The notes: generated from the sequence alone by a model not told the origin. 17,844 bases of DNA from Chthonomonadales bacterium (GCA_038217285.1 JBBQPO010000116.1:1-17844); one strand, 5' to 3'; shown: positions 1-8,746, counted from the first letter of the stretch. Program-made: numbers and translations.

Positions 1-2
1 CG

Positions 3-383
3 CACGATGCCGGATGGCCGCTTCAAGGGGCGTTGCGTGTTCATCTCGATCAAAACGATCCGCAGATGATCGGCCCGGAACAATGGTGGTCTGCGTCCTC
101 CGTTCCACATCTCACACTGCGGGCCGCGTTCCACACGCATCAGAAACGCGCCGAACTGTTCTGGAGCGTACTCGGCAAGTCTGGCTTCTCCACCGAGCGC
201 AGTCTAAGTTTCGACGTCATTCCGGACGGCAAAACCCATACCTATACCCTCGATCTTGCCGCTATTCCGACCTACACTGGAACTATTACCGGCCTCCGCT
301 TTGATCCGGTGCCCGCCGGAGAGAAAAGCGACTATGCCGATATTGCCTCCCTCTCCTGGCGATCTGAACCGGACAAAAAATGA
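3..383 (+). CDS. 3' end of a gene truncated by the window edge; C-terminal beta-sandwich, probably a carbohydrate-binding-like domain
   Basis: Frame is open from position 3 to TGA at 381-383. The translation (..ELFW..FDVIPDGKTHTYTLDL..YTGTITGLRFDP..) resembles 'LRxDP' jelly-roll domains seen in glycan-active proteins. The stop overlaps the next ATG (ATGA, 380-383). Confidence 0.7.
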   Translation, partial: HDAGWPLQGALRVHLDQNDPQMIGPEQWWSASSVPHLTLRAAFHTHQKRAELFWSVLGKSGFSTERSLSFDVIPDGKTHTYTLDLAAIPTYTGTITGLRFDPVPAGEKSDYADIASLSWRSEPDKK

Positions 384-2161
384 AATTGCGAAAGAGGGCA
401 GTCATGCGAACGATAGGGATGTTTCTTGTGCTGGCCGTGCTGGCGTGCGCGGCGTTTGGGGAGGAGCGAGTGCGCATTGGACATGATCCGCTGGTATTGA
501 AGCCGCTGCAGGGAGTGCGAAGGGTGCTGTTCCTGGGGGACAGCATCACCTATTCCGGGGGCTATGTCGAGACGATAGAGGCGTGGCTGTTCGCCCACTG
601 CCCGGAACAGCGTTACGAGCTTATCAATATCGGCCTGCCGAGCGAGACGGTGTCGGGACTGACGGAGCCCAACCATGCAGGAGGCGCTTTCCCGCGCCCG
701 GATCTGCACGAACGACTGGCGCGTGCGTTGGCGAAGACGAAACCCGATCTTGTCGTCGCCTGTTATGGCATGAACGACGGCATCTACTATCCGTTCGACC
801 CGCAACGCTTCGCGAAATATCAGGAGGGCCTGCGCTGGACGCGCGACGCGGTACGCAAATCAGGCGCGAAGTTCTGGGTCGTGACCCCGCCGCCGTTCGA
901 CGCACAGCCCGTCGCGAAGAGCACGCTGCCGGCCGGACTGGCGGAGTATCCGTCCGGCCAGCCCTTTGTCGGCTATGATGCCGTGCTGGAGCGGTATTCC
1001 GCCTGGATTCTGGAGGGCCGACATGGCGAGTGGGAGACGACCGATATCCACACCCCCCTCCATAACTATCTTATCGAACAGCGCAAGCAGCATCCGGACT
1101 TCGCGTTTTCAGGGGACGGGGTGCATCTCGATGGGCAGGGTCATCTCCTGATTGCGCGGGAGTTGTTGCGGAGTTGGGGCGCTCCGGAGAGAACACTGCC
1201 GCCCCTGATGGAGAGCCTGCCGGAACTGAAGCGCGACCGTCTGCGCAAACTCATCCACGACCGCCAGCGCCTCCTGACCGATGCGTGGCTGACCGACATC
1301 GGGCATAAGCGCCCCGGTATGCCGAACGGAACGCCGCTCGAAACGGCGCAGGCGCAGGCAGCGGACCAGGAGAAGGAGATCCGCGCGCTGCTGCCCGCGA
1401 CCGCCGCGCCGTTCCCCGGACTGCCCGGAGACTATCATGGGTTCGCCCGCTACGATTTCCCGGTGGACGGCCTGCGCGCTACCGTTATCGCGCCGCAGCG
1501 GACGATGCCCGGTCGCCCCTGGATATGGCGGGCCGAGTTCTTCGACCATCGGCCGGAGCTTGACCTGGCGCTGCTGAGTCGCGGCTTCCACCTGGCCTAC
1601 ATCGAGGTCGGCAACACCTTCGGCGCTCCGTCGGCCATGAAGCACTGGGATCAGTTTTACAGGGAGCTGACCCACACCTACGGCCTGTCGGCCAAGCCGG
1701 TCCTGGAAGGTCTAAGCCGAGGAGGGCTCTACGTCTACAACTGGGCCGCCGCCAATCCCACGAAAGTCGCCGTGATCTACGGAGACAATCCCGTGTGCGA
1801 CTTCAAGAGTTGGCCCGGCGGCAAGGGCAAAGGGCCAGGCAGCCCGGACGACTGGCGCAAGCTGATCCAGGACTACGGCTTCGCCTCGGAGTCGGAAGCG
1901 ATGGCCTACACGCAGAACCCGATCAACAATCTCGCGCCGTTGGCGAGAGCGCATGTCCCGCTGATCCATGTCGCTGCCGATGCAGACGAGGTGGTTCCTT
2001 ATCCGGAGAACACGGTCCTCCTCAAAGAGCGCTACGAAAAGCTGGGCGGTACGATTCGTGTGATCGTCAAGCCCGGATTCAAGCACCATCCGCACGGCCT
2101 GGACGATCCGACGCCGCTCGTCGATTTCATCGCGAAATACGTCAACTTCGCACCGAATTAG
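380..2161 (+). CDS. Secreted SGNH/GDSL hydrolase fused to an alpha/beta-hydrolase (double esterase)
   Basis: Signal peptide MRTIGMFLVLAVLACAAFG (alternative start ATG 404 with GAGGG RBS). SGNH blocks FLGDSIT, YGMND and DGVH. C-terminal half has the nucleophile elbow GLSRGG, acid DEVVP and HHPHG. Confidence 0.9.
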   Translation: MKLRKRAVMRTIGMFLVLAVLACAAFGEERVRIGHDPLVLKPLQGVRRVLFLGDSITYSGGYVETIEAWLFAHCPEQRYELINIGLPSETVSGLTEPNHAGGAFPRPDLHERLARALAKTKPDLVVACYGMNDGIYYPFDPQRFAKYQEGLRWTRDAVRKSGAKFWVVTPPPFDAQPVAKSTLPAGLAEYPSGQPFVGYDAVLERYSAWILEGRHGEWETTDIHTPLHNYLIEQRKQHPDFAFSGDGVHLDGQGHLLIARELLRSWGAPERTLPPLMESLPELKRDRLRKLIHDRQRLLTDAWLTDIGHKRPGMPNGTPLETAQAQAADQEKEIRALLPATAAPFPGLPGDYHGFARYDFPVDGLRATVIAPQRTMPGRPWIWRAEFFDHRPELDLALLSRGFHLAYIEVGNTFGAPSAMKHWDQFYRELTHTYGLSAKPVLEGLSRGGLYVYNWAAANPTKVAVIYGDNPVCDFKSWPGGKGKGPGSPDDWRKLIQDYGFASESEAMAYTQNPINNLAPLARAHVPLIHVAADADEVVPYPENTVLLKERYEKLGGTIRVIVKPGFKHHPHGLDDPTPLVDFIAKYVNFAPN

Positions 2162-2223
2162 ACCGAGACAGCATTATATTATGCGCGTACATGAGATGCG
2201 GATGCAGGAAAAACCGTTTCGGG

Positions 2224-2253
2224 TTGACTACTGCTGACGAAACCCGTTATAAT
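2224..2253 (+). promoter_or_regulatory. Sigma70-type promoter for the cytochrome c-WD40 gene
   Basis: TTGACT (2224-2229), 18 bp spacer, TATAAT (2248-2253), in the intergenic region upstream of ATG 2341. Confidence 0.7.
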
Positions 2254-2340
2254 GGATCATGGTGTTGTGACTGTACAGAATAGGTCCAATATGGACGCTT
2301 TCATCTGTATGGCCTTATGGCAGCCTGTGAGGCAAGGAAT

Positions 2341-3717
2341 ATGCTACGAATACGGAATGGGTCGATGACGGTTGTGTTGGGGCTTCTCGCGCTGTTCGGT
2401 GCGCGGGCCAATGCCGCTCCCGTCAGTTACCATAAACAGATCTGGCCGATTTTGCAGACGAAGTGCCAGGGGTGTCACCAGCCCGCCGCGCCCGGCGGCA
2501 AACTGGTCGTCATCTCCTTCGCCGATTTCCTCAAGGGTGGGGAGCACGGCGCGGGCTTCCTGGCCGGGAAACCCGATGGCAGCCTGGTCCTGGACTACCT
2601 GACCGGCAAGCGCGTCCTGATGCCGAAAGGCGGCCCCGCGCTACCCACCGCAGAGATCGCGCTGTTTCGGCGCTGGATCGCGGAGGGTGCGAAGGACGAC
2701 ACGCCTGTGGTCAAGGATCCCATCAACGCGGCCCATCCGCCCATCTACGCCGCGCCGCCTGTGATCACCGCGCTGGCCTTCGCGCCGGACGGCCAGACGC
2801 TCGCAGTCTCCGGTTACCGGGAGACGCTGCTGCACCACGCCGACGGCTCCGGCCTGATCGCCCGTCTTGTCGGGCAGTCCCAGAAAATCCAGTCGCTGGC
2901 CTATTCGCCGGACGGCAAGATCCTGGCGGCGGTCGGAGGCTCACCCGCAAGGTTCGGCGAAGCGCAGTTCTGGGACACCACGACCAACCACGAGATCAAT
3001 GCCGTCCAGACCACATTCGATACCCTCTTCGGCGGCTCGTTCTCGCCCGACGGCAAAAAGTTGGGCTTCGGCGCTGCGGATAACTCTGTGCGCGTTATCT
3101 CCGTGCCCGACGGCAAGCAGATCATGCGCCTCGACAACCATTCCGACTGGGTCTTCGCCACCTGTTTCGCGATAGACCCAAAGGGCAATACCCTCGACAT
3201 TCTCAGCACCAGTCGCGACCAGGCCATCAAACTGACGCAGGTGGACAACGGCTCTTTCATCGACGACATCAATACGCACTACACCGCGCTGCGCTGTCTC
3301 GTCCGCAACCCGAAGGAGACGCAGGTGCTGTGCGGCGGCGACGACGGCCTGCCGCGCCTCTACAAGATCTTTCGGACCGAAGCACGCTCCATGAATCAGG
3401 AAGACCACAACCTGGTTCGTACCTTCGAGAAGCAGCCTGGTATAATCACGTCGCTGGCCTTCTCGCCGGACGGAATGCGGATCGCGGTTGGAACCGACAC
3501 CGGTATGGTCAACGTCTACACCATGGCCGATGGCAAAGCGGTGGCCGCCCTGCCCGGAGCAGAGGGTGCGCTCTACGCGCTCGCCTTCACGCCCGATGGC
3601 AAACGCCTCGCCACCGGCGGATTCGATGGACGCGTCCGCCTCTACGATTTGCCTGGAGGCGCGCTGTTCCGCACCTTCGTTCCTGTGCCGCTCGCCATCA
3701 AGACCGCCCGAAAATAG
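2341..3717 (+). CDS. Planctomycete-type cytochrome c (PSCyt1) domain + WD40 beta-propeller protein, secreted
   Basis: AAGGA RBS before ATG 2341. Signal peptide ending ..ARANA. VSY..I.PILQTKCQGCH heme motif (2464-2478), distal MP and WI.EGA motifs. Multiple WD40-like repeats (LAFAPDG, LAYSPDG, FSPDG, LAFSPDG, LAFTPDG..GGFDGRVRLYD). Confidence 0.9.
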   Translation: MLRIRNGSMTVVLGLLALFGARANAAPVSYHKQIWPILQTKCQGCHQPAAPGGKLVVISFADFLKGGEHGAGFLAGKPDGSLVLDYLTGKRVLMPKGGPALPTAEIALFRRWIAEGAKDDTPVVKDPINAAHPPIYAAPPVITALAFAPDGQTLAVSGYRETLLHHADGSGLIARLVGQSQKIQSLAYSPDGKILAAVGGSPARFGEAQFWDTTTNHEINAVQTTFDTLFGGSFSPDGKKLGFGAADNSVRVISVPDGKQIMRLDNHSDWVFATCFAIDPKGNTLDILSTSRDQAIKLTQVDNGSFIDDINTHYTALRCLVRNPKETQVLCGGDDGLPRLYKIFRTEARSMNQEDHNLVRTFEKQPGIITSLAFSPDGMRIAVGTDTGMVNVYTMADGKAVAALPGAEGALYALAFTPDGKRLATGGFDGRVRLYDLPGGALFRTFVPVPLAIKTARK

Positions 3718-3738
3718 CGATCGTAATAAAGAGAACCG

Positions 3739-3769
3739 TGTAACCTTTGCTTGCCAGTGGGATCTAACA
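3739..3769 (+). promoter_or_regulatory. Putative ECF-sigma promoter (TGTAAC-N16-GATCTA) upstream of the DUF1549/DUF1553 gene
   Basis: TGTAAC 3739-3744 and TCTAACA 3763-3769. Same geometry as the motif at 12283-12313 on the minus strand. Confidence 0.5.
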
Positions 3770-3822
3770 GGGTTATAAGTGCGAAGGCATCCGTTTTTAA
3801 GCCTACGAGGAAACCTGTCACT

Positions 3823-6294
3823 ATGAACTTCCGATCTGCGCGTTCTCTGGTCGCTCTCTCCGGCGTCGCGATCTCATTGACGAGCGTCACGCGAACCCAT
3901 GCCGAGGAGATGGCTCCTAAAAAACCGCCGCTGCCGACTATCGTCGCGCTGAAAGTGCAGCCCGCCACCTTGACGCTGCAAGACGCGCGCGACGCCCGTT
4001 CTGTTATTGTGACGGGGCAGGCGAAGGCAGGCTATGCCGTCGATCTCTCGTCGGTCGCGAAGCTGCGCGCCGGCTCTGATCTCATCCGGGTGGATGCGAA
4101 CGGCTATGTCGTGCCGGTGAAGGCGGGCAAGACCACGCTGATCGTCACGGCCGCCGGCAAAGAGATTTCGGTTCCGGTCACGGTGCAGAGCGTCACGCCG
4201 CCGCCTGTCAGTTTCGTGCGGGAAGTGATGCCCGTCATGAGCCGGGTGGGGTGCAACGCGGGCCTCTGTCATGGATCGGCCAAGGGGAAGAACGGTTTCA
4301 AGCTCGCCCTGCGCGGCTACGATCCCGATTTCGACCACCATGCGCTGATCGACGATGTCTCGGGACGGCGCTTCAACCGCTCCGATCCGGCGCAGAGCCT
4401 GATGCTGCTCAAGCCGACCGGCGCCGTGCCGCACCGAGGCGGCCTCCTCTTCACCGCGTCTTCTCCCTACTATGTGCTGCTCAAACGCTGGATCAGCGAG
4501 GGCGCGAAGACCGATGCCGACACCGTCAAGCGTGTCAGCAGCCTGGAAGTGCTGCCGACGGTTCCCAACGTGACTTTACCGGGAATGACGCAGAAGATGC
4601 TCGTCATCGCGCACTATCCGGATGGCAAGACTCGCGACGTGACCCGCGAGGCCGTCTTCACCAGCAGCCTACCCGAAGTCGCTACGATGACCACGGACGG
4701 CACCGTCAGCGCCGTCCGCCGGGGCGAAGCGGCCTGCCTGGTGCGCTACGAGGGCGCGTATGCCGCCAACAATATCACGGTGCTGGGCGACCGCTCGGGG
4801 TATAAGTGGGCCGCAGTCCCGGAAAACAGCTACATCGACCGTCTGGTGGACAAGAAGCTTCAGAAGGTACGGGCGCAGGCATCCGGCCTGTGCGACGACG
4901 CCACCTTCGTGCGCCGCGCCTACCTCGACCTGACAGGCCTGCTTCCGACCCCCGAGGCCACCCGCGCTTACCTCGAAGACAAGACGCCTTCGACGCAGAA
5001 GCGCGAGCAACTAACCGACATGCTGCTCGCCACCGACGCCTTCAATGAGCGCTGGACGAACAAATGGTCCGATCTGCTCGACTCCAACAGCAAATTTCTC
5101 GGTGATGCCGGGGTGCGCAAGTTCCGCAACTGGATCCGCGCCTCCGTCGCCGAAAACAAGCCCTACAACCAGTTTGTGCGGGAGCTTATCACCGCCTCCG
5201 GCGATGCGAACCTGAACCCTTCCGCCAACTATATGCGCGTGGTGCGGGACACCTCGACCGCGACCGAGAACGTCACGCAGCTCTTCCTGGGCGTCCGCTT
5301 CTCCTGCGCCAAATGCCACGATCATCCGTTCGAGCGCTGGACGCAGAACCAGTACTATCAGTTCGGGGCGTTCTTCGCGCAGGTCGGCTACAAGCCGGGC
5401 GCACCGGGTACCGAAGTCGTCTTCAACAAAGGCGCAGGCGAGGTGATGCATCCGAAGACAGGGCTTGCGGTTCTGCCCGCCGTTCCGGTCGGACGCCTCG
5501 CCACGCTCAAGACGGAGGACCGACGCCAGGAGTTTGCCGACTGGCTGACCTCGAAGCAGAATCCGTTCTTCTCCCGCGCCTACGTCAATCGCCTCTGGAG
5601 CTACTTCCTTGGCAAGGGCATCATCGATCCTGTAGACGACATCCGTGCCAGCAATCCGGCCACCAATCCCGAACTTCTGGAGGCCCTGAACACCGACTTC
5701 GTGCAGCACGGCTTCGACACTCGCCACATCATGCGCACCATCGTGCTGTCGCGCACCTATCAGTCGGAACTGCGCTCCAATCGCTGGAATGCCGACGATC
5801 ATATCAACTTCTCGCATGCCACACCGCGCCGTCTCGAAGCCGAACAGCTCTACGACGCGCTGCATCAGGCGACGGGCTCGACCGTGCAGTTTGCCGGACT
5901 GCCTGCCGGCACGAAGGCGGAGGAGCTTCCGGATGCCAAAGCAGCGGGAGACGGCTTCCTGGATCTGTTCGGCAAGCCCGTCCGCGAGACGCCCTGCGAA
6001 TGCGAGCGCTCCAGCACCGTGAGCCTCGGGCAGGCGCTGAACCTGATCAATGGCCCGACGCTCTCCGACTCGGTCGCCGCGCCCACCGGGCGCATTGCCC
6101 AACTGCTGAAGACCAATCCGAGCGATGAGAAGGTCGTCGAGGAGATCTTCCTTTCCACGCTCTCGCGCTTCCCGACCGCAAAAGAGAAACAGACCTCTCT
6201 GGCGAGTCTGCATGTCTCCGCCAATCGCGGCGAGGGCGCGGAAGACCTGATGTGGGCCCTGCTCAACAGCCCGGCCTTCCTCTTCAACCGATAA
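3823..6294 (+). CDS. DUF1549 (PSCyt2) / DUF1553 (PSD1) domain protein with Ig-like (BIG2) domains, secreted
   Basis: ATG 3823 preceded by GAGGA; signal peptide ..TRTHA. Motifs VSFVREVMP..CNAGLCHG..GKNGFKL (4252-4272), FVRRAYLDLTGLLPT, FLGVRFSCAKCHDHPF (CxxCH 5305-5319), VNRLWSYFLGKGIIDPVDD, PRRLEAEQLYD, CECER (5995-6009), EDLMWALLNSPAFLFNR. Confidence 0.92.
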   Translation: MNFRSARSLVALSGVAISLTSVTRTHAEEMAPKKPPLPTIVALKVQPATLTLQDARDARSVIVTGQAKAGYAVDLSSVAKLRAGSDLIRVDANGYVVPVKAGKTTLIVTAAGKEISVPVTVQSVTPPPVSFVREVMPVMSRVGCNAGLCHGSAKGKNGFKLALRGYDPDFDHHALIDDVSGRRFNRSDPAQSLMLLKPTGAVPHRGGLLFTASSPYYVLLKRWISEGAKTDADTVKRVSSLEVLPTVPNVTLPGMTQKMLVIAHYPDGKTRDVTREAVFTSSLPEVATMTTDGTVSAVRRGEAACLVRYEGAYAANNITVLGDRSGYKWAAVPENSYIDRLVDKKLQKVRAQASGLCDDATFVRRAYLDLTGLLPTPEATRAYLEDKTPSTQKREQLTDMLLATDAFNERWTNKWSDLLDSNSKFLGDAGVRKFRNWIRASVAENKPYNQFVRELITASGDANLNPSANYMRVVRDTSTATENVTQLFLGVRFSCAKCHDHPFERWTQNQYYQFGAFFAQVGYKPGAPGTEVVFNKGAGEVMHPKTGLAVLPAVPVGRLATLKTEDRRQEFADWLTSKQNPFFSRAYVNRLWSYFLGKGIIDPVDDIRASNPATNPELLEALNTDFVQHGFDTRHIMRTIVLSRTYQSELRSNRWNADDHINFSHATPRRLEAEQLYDALHQATGSTVQFAGLPAGTKAEELPDAKAAGDGFLDLFGKPVRETPCECERSSTVSLGQALNLINGPTLSDSVAAPTGRIAQLLKTNPSDEKVVEEIFLSTLSRFPTAKEKQTSLASLHVSANRGEGAEDLMWALLNSPAFLFNR

Positions 6295-6327
6295 AGAGAG
6301 TCTGTTTTGAAAACCCGAGAAGTATTC

Positions 6328-7023
6328 ATGACGAAGTGGTGCGTAGTCTTTCTATGGATTGCAGTCTGTTGCGCTATCAGCGCACTGACCGGATGTGGCC
6401 CGAAGTTATCCACGCCCGAGAACGATGGCAATCAGAAAGACAGCAAGAGAATGACACAACTACTGATAACCACGCCGACCGTACCGCCGGGGAGAGAGTT
6501 GGCGACACTGGCAGGAGGCTGCTTCTGGTGTACCGACGCGATCTTCCGCGACCTGAAAGGCGTGGACAAGGTCGAATCCGGGTACGCCGGCGGGGCCGTA
6601 CCGAACCCGAGTTACGAGCAGGTGTGCGGCGGCAGAACGGGGCATGCGGAAGGGATCGAGATCACCTTCGACCCGAAAGTCATCTCTTTCCATGATCTGC
6701 TCGTCGTCTTTTTCACGACCCATGATCCGACGACGCTGAACCGCCAGGGAGCCGATGCGGGCACCCAGTACCGCTCCGCCATATTTACGCACAGTGAGGA
6801 GCAGAAGCAGGTCGCGCAGCAGGTCATCCAGGAGATCCAGGGCGAAAAGTTGTACAATGACCCTGTCGTTACCGAAGTGACGCCGTTCACCAACTTCTAC
6901 GTGGCAGAAGGCTATCACCAGGACTACTACGCGAACAACGCAAATGCGGGCTACTGCAGGATCGTCATCGCGCCGAAGGTCACCAAGTTCCGCGAACACT
7001 TCCGCGAGAAGCTGAAGCGTTAG
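6328..7023 (+). CDS. msrA: Peptide methionine sulfoxide reductase MsrA with a predicted N-terminal lipoprotein signal
   Basis: AGGCFWC catalytic motif (GCFWC 6517-6531), SGYAGG..NPSYEQVC.G.TGHAE, HDPTTLNRQG.D.GTQYRS, FY.AE.YHQDYY, recycling GYC (6949-6957). N-terminal hydrophobic stretch with lipobox LTGC (Cys 6394-6396). Start uncertain: TTG 6307, ATG 6328 or ATG 6451. Confidence 0.95.
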   Translation: MTKWCVVFLWIAVCCAISALTGCGPKLSTPENDGNQKDSKRMTQLLITTPTVPPGRELATLAGGCFWCTDAIFRDLKGVDKVESGYAGGAVPNPSYEQVCGGRTGHAEGIEITFDPKVISFHDLLVVFFTTHDPTTLNRQGADAGTQYRSAIFTHSEEQKQVAQQVIQEIQGEKLYNDPVVTEVTPFTNFYVAEGYHQDYYANNANAGYCRIVIAPKVTKFREHFREKLKR

Positions 7024-7089
7024 AAGTAAGACTCAGGTAGGTTGCAGTCGGGGGCTCTCAATAGGAGTCCGGACAAGGAGAGCGAGATC

Positions 7090-8568
7090 ATGTTATCCAT
7101 TCCCGGCAACAGCGTGCGCGACTGCGACGGAGTCACCCGGCGCGAACTGATGCGAATCGGCGGGGCCGGTATGCTGGGCATCACCCTGCCCGGCATCCTG
7201 GAGCTGGAGGCGAGGGCCGCGACGGTCGGCGCCGGGAACGGCATGGTGAAGGGCAAGGGCGGCTTCGGCGCGGCCAAGTCCGTCATTCTGATCTACCTGC
7301 AGGGTGGCCCGAGCCATATCGACATCTGGGACCCCAAGCCGGACGCGCCCGCCAATGTGCGCGGCGAGTTCAAGCCGATCAAAACGAACGTGCCGGGAAT
7401 CTGGCTCTCCGAAGTCATGCCGCAACTGGCGCAGCAGATGGACAAGGCGACCCTGATCCGTTCCGTCTCCTATACGCCCAACGGTCTGTTCAATCACACG
7501 GCGGCCATGTATCAGATGCTCACGGGTGAGCAGGCCGATAAGGTCTCGCCCTCCGGCCAGTTGGAGCCGCCGAACGCCGCCGACTATCCGAACATGGGCT
7601 CACACATCGCGAAGTTCATGCCGCCAGAAGTGCCGATGCTGCCCTTCGTCATGTTGCCGCGCCCCCTGCAGGAGAGCAACGTCATCGGTAAGGCGGGTAC
7701 GGCTGGCTTCCTCGGCAAGGCTTACGATCCTTACTACCTCTTCCCCCCCGGTGACGATGCCGACCAGACGAAGATGGACCATATCAAGCTAGACGACTTC
7801 TCGCTGCGCGCCGAAGTCTCGAAAGCGCGCCTGGAGCGCCGCGCCAATCTGCGCAAGCTGATCGACGACGGCATGCCCGAACTGGACAAGGCGGTCAGCA
7901 ACTACGCCCTCGACTCCTACTACCAGAAGGCGCTCAGCTTGATCCTTTCCGGTCGTGCACGGGACGCCTTCGACCTGACAAAAGAGTCTCCCAAAATGCG
8001 CGACCGATACGGACGGCACACCTTCGGGCAGTCTGCGCTCATGGCACGCCGACTGATCGAGGCCGGAACCCGGTTCGTCCAGGTCAACTGGCCCTCCGTC
8101 GCCAACGGCGATCCGAAAGTGACCGCCTGGGACACCCATGCCGCCAACTTCGGCCCACTCAAGAACCTGCACTGCCCGAAACTGGACAGCGCGCTCTCCG
8201 CCCTGCTGGAAGACCTGCATCAACGCGGCATGCTGGAGACGACCCTGGTGGTCGCCATCGGGGAGTTTGGACGCTCGCCGCGCCTGGGCGTCAGCACCTC
8301 CGGCAACGGCAATGCCCCGGACGGCCGCGACCACTGGCCCTACTGCTACACCGCGCTCGTCGCGGGAGGCGGCATCAAGCCTGGTCAGATCTACGGCAAG
8401 TCGGACGCGACAGGCTCCTCTCCCGCCGAAAATCCGGTCCATCCAACCGACATTCTCGCGACCATCTATCACACGCTGGGCATCACGGCGGACACGATCA
8501 TCTACAACCACCTGAACCAGCCGCGTGAGTTGGTGAAGGGCAAGGTCGTCGCTGGCCTGTTCTCATAG
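7090..8568 (+). CDS. DUF1501 domain protein with a twin-arginine (Tat) signal
   Basis: AAGGAG RBS 7075-7080, ATG 7090. [11 protein letters not shown]at motif. Family motifs [80 protein letters not shown]. Confidence 0.93.
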   Translation: MLSIPGNSVRDCDGVTRRELMRIGGAGMLGITLPGILELEARAATVGAGNGMVKGKGGFGAAKSVILIYLQGGPSHIDIWDPKPDAPANVRGEFKPIKTNVPGIWLSEVMPQLAQQMDKATLIRSVSYTPNGLFNHTAAMYQMLTGEQADKVSPSGQLEPPNAADYPNMGSHIAKFMPPEVPMLPFVMLPRPLQESNVIGKAGTAGFLGKAYDPYYLFPPGDDADQTKMDHIKLDDFSLRAEVSKARLERRANLRKLIDDGMPELDKAVSNYALDSYYQKALSLILSGRARDAFDLTKESPKMRDRYGRHTFGQSALMARRLIEAGTRFVQVNWPSVANGDPKVTAWDTHAANFGPLKNLHCPKLDSALSALLEDLHQRGMLETTLVVAIGEFGRSPRLGVSTSGNGNAPDGRDHWPYCYTALVAGGGIKPGQIYGKSDATGSSPAENPVHPTDILATIYHTLGITADTIIYNHLNQPRELVKGKVVAGLFS

Positions 8569-8746
8569 CAGGAAGGCAGGAAAGTAAGGTGCAACCCCCG
8601 TCTCCTACCAGGAGACGGGGGTTTTGCCGTCACTGGGCAGGAAAGAAGGAAAGGAGGGGATCGAACAGGAAGGCAGGAAGAAATCCCCGGAGGAATAGGG
8701 GATTTGGAATGCCGCAAAGCGGCGACTGCTTAACGAAGGCAGGAAA
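8569..8746 (+). repeat. Purine-rich dispersed direct repeats (core GGCAGGAA)
   Basis: GGCAGGAA at 8575, 8636, 8672 and 8738. The 14-mer CAGGAAGGCAGGAA is exact at 8569-8582 and 8666-8679. Confidence 0.7.
8593..8625 (+). terminator. Rho-independent terminator after the DUF1501 gene
   Basis: Perfect 14-bp stem AACCCCCGTCTCCT (8593-8606), loop ACC, AGGAGACGGGGGTT (8610-8623), with a T-run at 8622-8625. Confidence 0.85.

Noticed and set aside
2216-2246. Hammerhead-ribozyme-like core (CTGACGA / GAAAC with upstream GTTTC)
   Set aside because: CTGACGA and GAAAC overlap, leaving no stem II. The segment is better explained as the promoter spacer.
2760-3660. Recurring nucleotide motif resembling CTGGCCTTCxCGCCxGAxGG
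   Set aside because: Explained by WD40 protein repeats (LAFxPDG), not an independent DNA repeat.
3751-3779. Sigma70 promoter TTGCCA-17-TATAAG, and the TTG 3751 start in the ORF track
   Set aside because: The -10 lacks the conserved final T and the ECF-like reading has a matching second copy. ATG 3823 gives a proper signal peptide and RBS. The promoter is not fully excluded.
5011-6213. 400-aa antisense ORF, and similar long ORFs at 10254-11678, 12217-13386, 13527-14489, 14203-15636 and 7789-8511
   Set aside because: They overlap well-supported genes almost entirely and have no recognisable motifs. They are typical shadow ORFs of high-GC codon usage.
8569-8746. Possible degenerate CRISPR array
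   Set aside because: The repeat core is only 8-14 bp, the spacing is irregular (61/36/66) and there are no cas genes.
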